Of a DNA stretch of 64,000 bases, positions 53,875 through 64,000 are shown in pieces. How positions within the stretch are numbered: the first letter of the stretch is position 1; the number at the start of each line of letters is the position of its first letter. A program made the position numbers and the translations under genes. The DNA comes from Octopus sinensis (lineage: Eukaryota), in contig NC_043021.1 of NCBI RefSeq assembly GCF_006345805.1, positions 13,330,001 to 13,394,000 of the forward strand, read 5' to 3'. The notes beneath the pieces were generated by a model that searched no databases, was not told the origin of the DNA, and saw only the letters and a program-made list of their open reading frames with translations.

Positions 53875-54684
53875 TGACCGGCGTCCCATCCAGGTGGGGA
53901 ACCTATACACCAAGGAAACCAGGAAAACGGCCCTTATGAGCCATGTGTGGTTCAAGAAGGTACAAACTACAGCCAAAAGCTGATTGTTTTGATCCTTTGC
54001 TAGAAGAATATCTACAAACTTTGCAGAAAGCTCTTGCCTCACTCCTCCCTACTGTCACACATAAACTTCACAACAATGATGCTTTAGCAAAAATTACCCC
54101 TGTAATATCCTTTTCTACTCTAGGTACAAGGCCTGAAATTTGGGGGGAGGAGGTCAGTTAATTAGAACGATCCCAGTACACAACTGGTACTTAATTTATT
54201 GACCCCAAAAGGATGAAAGGCAAAATTGACCTAAGTGGAATTTGAACTCAGAACGTAAAGACACACAAAATAATGCTAAGCATTTCGCCCGGCACTGGGA
54301 TAGATGTAATCGACTTAATCCCTTTGTTTGTCCCCTCTATGTTTAGCCTCCTGTGGGCAATAAAGAAATAAATTTCATGAGTAACTTGTTCTGATGATTG
54401 TATCAACCAGAACCCTCAATGTTGTAATCACTTAGTGATGTTGGTAGCATTGGCGGTAAACAGTAGTAGCAGAATGGAATTGGTGCTGGTGGTGACAAGG
54501 GAATTTCTGAGAAATTTAACAATTATTTTCAAAGCATTAAATTTGTGTAGGTAGATGGGTAGGGGAAAGGTAGTTGTGGTGGCTGAATCTCTCTGAGGAC
54601 TACATTAAGGGTACACATGTCTGTGGAGTGCAAGCCGCTCCATTGATTGGATCAACTGGAACCCTCGTTGTTATAACTTACAGA

Positions 54685-55095
54685 GTGCCAGCACCATCTG
54701 AGCATGATCGTTGCCAGAGCAGCTGACTGGCTTCCATGCGGGTGGCACATAAAAAATACCATTCAAACGGGATCGTTATCAGCGTCGCCTCAGTGGCACA
54801 TGAAAAACATTCAAGCGAGGTCATTGCCAGTGCCATTGGATTGGCTCCTGTGCAGGTGGCACGTAAACAACACCACTTGAGCGTGGCCGTTGCCAGAACC
54901 ACCTGACTGGCCCTCATGCTGGTGGCATGTAAAAGCACCCACTACACTCTTGGAATGGTTGGCATTAGGAAGAAACTCTGCCAGATCAGATTGGAGCCTA
55001 GTGCAGCCTTTGGGTTCGCCAGTCCTCAATCAAATCGTCCAACCCATGCCAGCATGGAAAGCGGATGTTAAACGATGATGATGATGATGATGATA
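54685..55095 (+). mobile_element. Retroposon family C copy
   Basis: Four ggtggcac modules and a (GAT)n tail; other copies at 40893-41190 and 45420-45630. Confidence 0.8.
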
Positions 55096-55442
55096 TGATA
55101 ATGAAGGGGGTTAAACAACAACCATTTATCACAATTGTTATCACTGCTGCTACCATCACAGAGCCAATACCATTTCAACTCCTAACGCAACAACCATCAT
55201 ACGCCTGTAAAACCACCACCACTACACTACAACCACTACCACCACCATAATCACTATTATAGTGACCATACGTCTCCATTGCAACAACAAACACAACTAC
55301 CATAACTGCCACCACCACCACCACCCGTCATCACAATCATCATCATTGTCACCATTACTATCACCAACGTCCTCATGACTACCATCATCATTCCCCCAAC
55401 CACAGCACCACCATCACCAACACTATCATCACTATCACCACC

Positions 55443-55473
<31 letters not shown>

Positions 55474-56389
55474 CCCAACCACAGCACCAGCACCATCAGC
55501 AGCAGCACCACCATCATCTTCACTATCACCACTAACACCACCACCGCCACCACCAACATCATCATCATCATCATCATCATCACCACCACCACCACACTCA
55601 TCCAACTCTCGCACCACACCATCATCACCACACCATCATTATCACTTCACCATCACCACCATCTTCATCATATCACCACCCAACCACACCACTACCACCA
55701 CATAACACCACCATCAGCACCACCAGCACACCATTATCATCACTATCACCACTAACACCACCACCACCACTACCATCATTATCACTATCAGCACCACCAT
55801 CATCACCACCTACCTCATCATCAACTATCAATACCACCAACCACTACCTATCTCACCACCACTACCACCACCATCATCAGCATCATCATCACCCAACCAC
55901 AGCACCACTACCATCAGCAGCAGCACCACCACCACCATCAGCAGCACCACCATCATCATCATCATCATCACCACCACCACTACCATCATCATCACTATCA
56001 CCACCACCACCATCATCATCATCACTACCACCACCATCACCATCTATTATCATCAATCATTATCACTCACTACCACCACCCATCCACATATCACCGTCAC
56101 CACCACCAATCCTCTGTCCATCAACCCAGTCACCACCACCACCACCGCCACCAATACCACAACCAAGCGTTTCTTACATATCCCAGTGATTATCTTTCAT
56201 TACCTAGAATTGATCTGTTTCGGTTTACAATGACAGGAGACACACAGCGAAGGATTAACAGATTTTTAAATGAGAGACTGAATGAGGGATTAAGTTACTC
56301 CCCCCCTCTCACACACACACATCTGACTGTTAATCTCATCTTCCTTGTCATATACATATATACATGCATACACACATACACGCACATAC

Positions 56390-56442
<53 letters not shown>

Positions 56443-56938
56443 CACATATATACATATGTATATATATGTACATATGTATGTATATACATATATATTTGTA
56501 TATACATATACATATATATATATATATACACATACACACATGCATATATATATATACACATACATGCATATATATATATATACACACACATGTATATATA
56601 TATAATGCATATATATATATATACACGCACATGTATATATATAATATATATACACATATATACACAATTACAGGTGAGATGTCACATATCACTTATATAA
56701 TTTGATTAAACCTACATTCTAAGCTAACAGTAATGAAAAAGTAATGATGGGGGTGAGGTGGGGATGGAGTAGGTGGTGGTGTTTCAGATGGCTGAGGTTG
56801 GAGGGGGGTTGAGACTATGAGCTGGGATGAAACTGGGGAGGAGGACAAGGATATTAAAAGAGGGTGGTAGAGGAAACTGTAATCATGGAGGGGAGGCATT
56901 GACAACATTGATAATGGTGGAGAAAGAATATGTTGTGT

Positions 56939-56989
<51 letters not shown>

Positions 56990-57001
56990 TATATATATAC
57001 A

Positions 57002-57363
57002 GGCGTAGGAGTGGCTGTGTGGTAAGTAGCTTGCTTACGAACCACATGGTTCTGGGTTCAGTCCCACTGCGTGACATCTTGGACAAGTGTCCTCTACTAT
57101 AGCCTCTGGCCAACCAAAGCCTTGTGAGTGGATTTGGTAGACGGAAACTGAAAGAAGCCCATCTATCTATATATATATATATATATACATATACACACAT
57201 ACGATAGACTTCTTTCAGTTCCCATCTACCAAATCCACTCACAAGGCTTTGGTCGGCCCAAGGCTATAGTAGAAGACACTTGCCCAAGGTGCCACACAGT
57301 GGGGCTGAACCCAGAACCATGTGGTTGGGATGCAAGCTTCTTACCACACAGTCACGCCTGCGT
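57002..57363. mobile_element. Inverted pair of SINE family A 5' halves joined at the internal microsatellite
   Basis: Plus copy 57002-57160 and minus copy 57205-57363 around (TA)n. Confidence 0.85.
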
Positions 57364-57389
57364 CTATATCATGACCTGCTTTAAGTTTC

Positions 57390-58184
57390 TTTTCTACTCT
57401 AGGCACAAGGCCCGAAATGTTTAGGGAGTGGTTGCCAGTCGATTAGATCGACCCAGTATGCAACTGGTACTTAATTTATCGATGCAGAAATGATGAAAGG
57501 CATCGTCGATGGTGGAATTTGAACTCAGAACATAAAGACGGACGAAATACCGGTAAACACTTTGTTTGGTGTGCTAGTATTTCTTATTTCTTTATTGCCC
57601 ACAAGGGGCTAAACATAGAGGGGACAAACAAGGACAGACAAAGGCATTAAGTCGATTACATCAACCCCAGTGCGTAACTGGGGCTTAATTTATCGACTCC
57701 GAAAGGATGAAGGGTAAAATCAACCTCGGCGGAATTTGAACTCAGAACATAAAGACAGACGAAATACCTATTTCTTTATTGCCCACAAGGGGCTAAACAT
57801 AGAGGGGACAAACAAGGACACACAACGGGATTAAGTCGATTACATCAACCCCAGTGCGTAACTGGGGTTTAATTTATCGACCCCGAAAGGATGAAAGGCA
57901 AAGTCAACCTCAGCGGAATTTGAACTCAGAACGTAGCGGCGGACCAAATACCTATTTCTTTATTATCCACAAGGGGCTAAACACAGAGGGACAAACAAGG
58001 ACAGACATAGGTATTAAGTCGATTACATCGACCCCAGTGCGTGACTGGTACTTAATTTATCGACCCCGAAAGGATGAAAGGCAAAGTCGACCTCGGCGGA
58101 ATTTGAACTCACAACGTAACGACAGACGAAATACGGCTACGCATTTCGCCCGGCGTGCTAACGTTTCTGCCAGCTCGCCGCCTT
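57390..58184 (-). mobile_element. Tandem run of four family B SINE copies
   Basis: Repeated tatttctttattgcccacaaggggctaaac...ggaatttgaactcagaac units at about 185-bp spacing. Confidence 0.85.
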
Positions 58185-58266
58185 GACCTGCTTTCAGTTT
58201 CTGTCTACCAAATCCACTCGCAAAGCTTTTGTCGACCCAAGGCGTATAGCAGAAGTGATTCGCCAA

Positions 58267-58487
58267 GGCGGCGAGCTGGTAGAAACGTTAGCACGCCGGG
58301 CGAAATGCGTAGCCGTATTTCGTCTGCCGTTACGTTCTGAGTTCAAATTCCGCCAAGGTCGACTTTGCCTTTCATCCTTTCAGGGTCGATAAATTAAGTG
58401 CCAGTTTCGCACTGGGGTCGATGTAATCGACTTAATCTCCTTGTTTGTCCTCTCTGTGTTTAGCCCCTTGTGGGCAATAAAGAAATA
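58267..58487 (+). mobile_element. Young family B SINE with 14-bp TSD, inserted in a decayed family A copy
   Basis: agaagtgattcgcc at 58251-58264 and 58488-58501. Confidence 0.85.
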
Positions 58488-58681
58488 AGAAGTGATTCGC
58501 CCAAGGTACCATGCTGTGGAGAACTGTACCCGGAACAATATGACTGTGAAACATTTATATAAACATAAACACACGCATGAATATAAACGTGCACATTCAC
58601 GGAAGCTGCTCCGCCTGCATGTATCAAAAACAATTTACTTAACTTTCTCCAGACACGCACGCATGCGAACACACACACACA

Positions 58682-58715
<34 letters not shown>

Positions 58716-59833
58716 AATACACACACATTCAAGCACACTCCACTCCCCCTCATCCTGACATCCCACTTGTACACACGCAACACCCAACCTTCAACCGATC
58801 AACAACGCAACCATCTTAGCCTGCCCTCATCACACACACACACACACACAACGCAACGTCATCACACACACACACAACGCAACGTCATACACACACACAC
58901 ACACAGTTCCACACCACCCCCGTCTCTCCCCTACTTCTCTCTCTCTCTCTCTCTCTCACTAAATTCGGACACATTCATGTCCCACTCACTCTAGACTCTA
59001 CCCTCTCCCCCCCTCCAGTCATCTCAACAACACGTTTTGTCTATCCTAAACATAAACACACAAACGCCAAAAGCCCAACCCTCCTCTCTCTCTCTCTCTC
59101 TCTCCCACACACACACACACTCACAACAGAAAAAAAACCCGCCAGTCCAGATGTATAAGAGATTCTCAAAGAAACACTGGCTCTTTCTTTATTGGTCCAC
59201 ATTAAAGAAACTTGGCTGCAATGACGTTGTTTAACGATAACTTATACACACTCACACACGAACAATCTCAGGGTGCATACGTACATGCATATATACATGC
59301 AAATATGCACACAGATGCAGACGCATTTACGCAAATAGTGCACAGACACGTAACATATACGAACCCGTACGCACAATAACAAACACAAAGATACGCACAC
59401 ACCCGCGATAATACGCAGATACGCATACAAACACTTTTATGGGCGTAAAAGTTTAATTTTCCGAATTAACAAAACATATCTAGTGCCAAAAATAACACAC
59501 ACACACACACACACACGATCGTTCACACTCTCACAAACAGATACATATACATCGTAGCAAAAACAACACATAAAAAAAACTTTCAGACACACACTCACAT
59601 ACACACCATACAAACTGCCCTCACTTCCGCGAATCCCAACACAAAAAAAGTACACAACGTAAATAATAAAAAAAGCACTTTTCACGCACAAGCGTAGACT
59701 TTCAGACACACACGTAAAACTGTTCTTGCTCTCACAAACATTACGCACCCACCACCCGAAAAAAAACCCCACTTTCAGACACACACACTTGCGCACGCGT
59801 ATATAAATGCAACCACACTCATTCTCACAAATA

Positions 59834-59916
<83 letters not shown>

Positions 59917-60223
59917 TTAACCTTTCTAATATTGTTTTCTGCTTTTTGGGTGCGAGTGTGTGTGTAGGTCAGTCCATATCTACTTCTCGTGCAAAAAAAT
60001 GGGTTCGAAAGTTCAGTAAATATTTAAATATTTTTGCGTATACAAAGAGACACAGGCGTAGCTGTGGGGTAAGAAGTTGCTTTCCATCCACATAGTGTCG
60101 GGTTCAGTTCCACTGCATGGCACCTTGGTGAAATGTCTTCTACTAGGGTCTTGGGCCGACCAAAGCTTAGTGAGTGGATTTGGTAGAAAGAAACTGAAAG
60201 AAGCCCAGCCCATCATATATACA

Positions 60224-60866
60224 CAGGGTGCTATGGGTAAATTGTTGCCATTTTATATTTTTAATTTCGTGCATGTGCATTGTTCATTTTTCATTTTGTC
60301 CACTGCACAGTATCGTAGGGTCAGTTGGGCACTGTCTGCAACAAAAACAGCCATGATGCAATTCTCTCTGCCAGAAATTTGGAAATGACATGTAGTACTG
60401 CTTAGTATTCACACCAGAAGCACCTATATGAACACTTCAGAGTGTTTGGACGTCAATCTGAGGTCAGTGCAATCTGAGGACATGTACCGAGAGTCATAAA
60501 AAAATCAAACATTCAGTCAACATAATGGTGTTTGGAATGATCACTAGTGATGGCAACATTATGCCTCCATTCATCATCCCACATGGCCACAGACTCAACA
60601 CAGAGGCCTACATCAAGTGCTTGGAGGCTGTAGTGCTGCTCTGGGTGAAAAGGGTGGCTGCTGGGAGACCTTGTCTGGCAACAGGACTCTGCACCATGCC
60701 ACAATTTCTGCGACCCTAATATCTGGCCACCTAACTCCCCAGACTGTAACCCCCTTGATTATTATGTGTGGGGTGCAGTTACGTGAGAGACCAACAAAAC
60801 TCCTTATAACACCAAGGATGAATCGAAAACAAGGATTATGGCTGCATTCACCAACTTAAACAAGGA
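60224..60866 (+). pseudogene. Decayed Tc1/mariner-superfamily transposon with transposase remnant
   Basis: TIR-like start cagggtg; ATG at 60353; VMVFG-like IMVFGMITSDG, WQQDSAPCH and IWPPNSPDCNPLDYYVWGAV catalytic-domain motifs, with stops, deletions and frameshifts. Confidence 0.9.
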
Positions 60867-60962
60867 CAGAAACAAGTCATCAATAAACGATGAGGTATAA
60901 TATTACAGGAAAGTGAATTGTGGTTAATTGATTTCATTAAAATTATTTTTAATTACCATATA

Positions 60963-61343
60963 GGCGCAGGAGTTGCTGTGTGGTAAGTAGCTTGCTAACC
61001 AACCACATGGTTCCAGGTTCAGTCCCACTGCGTGGAACCTTGGGCAAGTGTCTTCTACTATAGCCTCAGGACAACCGAAGCCTTGTGAGTGGATTTGGTA
61101 GACGGAAACTGAAAGAAGCTCGTTGTAGATTCTTATTTATATATATATGTATGTGTCTGTGTTTGTCCCCCTACCATCGCTTGACAACTGATGTTGGTGT
61201 GTTTACGTTCCCGCAACTTAGCGGTTCGGCAAAAGAGACCGATAAGTACTAGGCTTCCAAAGAACAAGTCCTGGGGGTCGATTTGTTCGACTAAAGGCGG
61301 TGCTCCAGCATGGTCGCAGTCAAATGACTAAAACAAATAAAAG
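60963..61343 (+). mobile_element. SINE family A, full length
   Basis: Family A consensus. Confidence 0.9.
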
Positions 61344-61794
61344 AATATATATATATATCACCATGACCGACCAGGGTATCAGATGTTGCAACACATCGCT
61401 GGTCACAATGCGCTTTGCATTGTTTTAGCCTGCAAATGATGCCACACTGCTGGCTAAACAGCAGGCCAACAGAAGAAAGAGTGAGAGAAAGTTGTGGTAA
61501 AAGAGTACAGCAGGGATCGCCACCTTTAGGTGGGTTGGTATGAAGAGGGACTTTTTGTTACCATATTCCTGTTGAAACACACTGTCTTTGTTTCTGATAA
61601 TTTTGAGGACTAAACAGAACAGGAAGTGACACATGGGATGGAGAGTCACTGAAGAGGTCACAGGAGGTGTGACGAAAGATTCTAGACAAAGGACACTAAA
61701 ATAGGAATAATTATAAAGCTGAAGAGAGGATCAAATATATAGTGTGTGTGTGTGGTTAATTGGCAAAAAATATGACCATCCCCAAATATAGCAA

Positions 61795-62167
61795 TACAAG
61801 CAAAACGCACCCCCTCCCCGTCTAATGGATGCTGCTGAGGTGTCAAACATTTAGACTAAATCTTTTTTTGGTCTCTTAAATATACTGCGTTTTGTGGCAT
61901 TATTTCAAGCTAGCCAGCTTTTTTTGCGCAAACTGCATGTGCATTTTTCTCGCGTACATGTAGTATCAATGGCAACAGCTGATGTACTTGCGCGTACAAC
62001 TGCACGTTCCCACAGCTTTATTGACCGCATTCTCACCTGGAATCGATTTTGTTATTTTTCCAAATACCATCGGTATCTACATATCAAATTTGAGCGCAGT
62101 CGGATGGAGAATGCTTGAGATCCTAGAAGACACACACACACACACAGACAGAACGGATTTTATATAA
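61795..62167 (-). mobile_element. Helitron-like non-autonomous element
   Basis: Minus strand begins tatataaaatccgttctgtctgtgtgtg...ccatccgactgcgctcaaatttg, typical of Helitron-derived 5' ends; 3' end uncertain. Confidence 0.45.
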
Positions 62168-62560
62168 TCTCTCTATATATAAAGCTGAGGTTGTCTGTGT
62201 ATGGCAGGTTTGGTAGCCTTCAACTAACACTATCTCCTCTGAGACCCTGTGGTGCAAGTTGACCAAAATTGAGAGTATGATAGAAGAAAGCTTGCTCTTC
62301 CTTCCGTTGAAGAAAAAATTCAGATAGGACCATGTTAAGACCAAAAATTATTTACATCAAAAAGGTGATTTTTTTTCTATGAAAATCCCTAATTTTTACG
62401 ATTTTTTTACTGCTGTGTCACCATTTTTCGGTGTATTTCAACCAGAAAAATGTTCACCTAAAGAGAATAACAAGCTACATAATGTAAAATTTTTACTTTT
62501 CAAAAATTCCAATTCTAAAGGGTCGAAACAAACCCGAGCAACACCGGGCGATACTGCTAG
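62168..62560 (+). mobile_element. Non-autonomous Helitron
   Basis: A|TCtctctatatataaagc ... subterminal hairpin cccg-agcaacac-cggg ... CTAG|T; no TSD. Confidence 0.8.
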
Positions 62561-62914
62561 TAGATAATAAAAAAGAATTTTGATAAAATAAGTTTGTCTT
62601 TATTAAGCTGGTATTTGGATGATGAGTTAGCATGAAATTTTGATGGCAGGCTTTAATGTAGATTATTTAACCCTTTTGTTAGGGTCTTACTTCAGATCAT
62701 TTTAAAGCATGCAGTTTATATCATAGATCTAAATTTAAATCTTCCACCAGCTTATTCTTCATTATTTTCAAAGTTAAATTAAACAAAAAGCAGCACATTT
62801 CAACAGAAATATGATAACAAGATGGTTAAAGATACTTTCCTCCCTCAGTTCCAACCAATCTCGGAAGTTCTGTAGAGGGTCATTGGCACAAATATCCCTC
62901 TTGTGTATAAGATT

Positions 62915-63110
62915 GACTGCGACCATACTGAAGCACTGTCTTTTAGTCAAGCAAATCGACACCAGGATTTATTATTTAGAAGCCTAGTACTTATTCTATT
63001 GGTCTCTTTTGCCGAACTGCTAAGTTACGGGGACATAAACACACCAGCATCAGTTGCCAAGCGATGTTGGAAGGACAAACACAGACACACAAACATATAC
63101 ACACACTTAC

Positions 63111-63145
<35 letters not shown>

Positions 63146-63325
63146 CACGCACATATATTACGATGGGCTTCTTTCAGTTTCCATCTACCAAATCCACTCA
63201 CAAGGCTTTGGTCAGCCCGAGGCTATATAGTAGAAGACACTTGCCCAAGGTGCCACGCAGTGGGAATGAACCCAGAACCATGTGGTTGGAAAGCAAGCTA
63301 CTTACCACACAACCACTCCTTTGCC
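62915..63325 (-). mobile_element. SINE family A copy
   Basis: Reverse complement of family A. Confidence 0.9.
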
Positions 63326-64000
63326 CTTAAATAAATAAATAAAATCATGACTTATCTAAAGCTGTTTAACAACAATGCCAACATAACTCTGGTTGTTAGA
63401 CTGAGTCTTCTTCATAAAATTATTGAGCCAGGATGTATATAACAAAATTATTGAGCAAAGATGTATATAATAAAATATCTTGTTAAAGAAGACTATAGAA
63501 TTTGACTTATCAAAGCTGAATTTCCATCTCACGACTTAAGTTTCATGTCATTTCAATCTTTTGGCAAGAGGTTACAACTTGGCTTTCATGGTATATTTAT
63601 ATTCATTGAAGGAATTGTGATCTCATACCTGTGCTTGTTCATTGGTTTGTAACAGTTCTCACCTAAAGATCACAGTGGCATGAAACTAAAGTTGTGAGAT
63701 AGCAATTCAGTTTCGATAAACCATGAACTCTACAACTTGCATCAAGCACTCCTCTCTCATTCATCTGACAAATTTCAATATTGGTTTATGTGTGTGTATT
63801 CATATATATGTATATAACAAACTAAGAAAAGAGATTCTGTGTGGTCATTCAACATCATATAAACGGCAGCTAACCGGCCCTCAAAGCACTCACTGCCATA
63901 TTTATTAAAAGACACACTGAACAATGTATTTTCTCTCTTGCCTCCCAACCACATGGTTCTGTTTCAGTCCCACAGCATGGCACTTGGGCAAGCGTCTTCT

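Noticed and set aside
53685-54042. ORFs spanning the N run
   Set aside because: Artefacts of translating through the assembly gap.

Overview
AT-rich, microsatellite-saturated animal genomic DNA, with no long credible ORF and one 100-N gap (53775-53874). The SINE families and (TA)n/(CA)n/(GATA)n load look like an octopus (cephalopod) intron or intergenic region; that assignment is pattern recognition, not a database result. The window is mostly repeats: several tRNA-headed SINE families, two decayed Tc1/mariner transposons, Tigger/pogo-, hAT- and TTAA-type MITEs, Helitron/Helentron derivatives, an internally deleted RTE LINE and minisatellites. Nearly all listed ORFs are microsatellite or SINE artefacts; only two weak exon candidates were seen. 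The most notable signal is a set of at least four, possibly five, sequence-unrelated short non-coding element families carrying minimal type-I hammerhead ribozyme motifs (CUGANGA...GAAA-short or palindromic stem III-UH). Several are arranged as fold-back inverted repeats with a one-sided tail and sit inside (TA)n tracts. This matches Penelope-like-element pLTR or retrozyme-type architecture; ribozyme activity is inferred from structure only. Repeat boundaries are approximate unless TIRs or TSDs are quoted.
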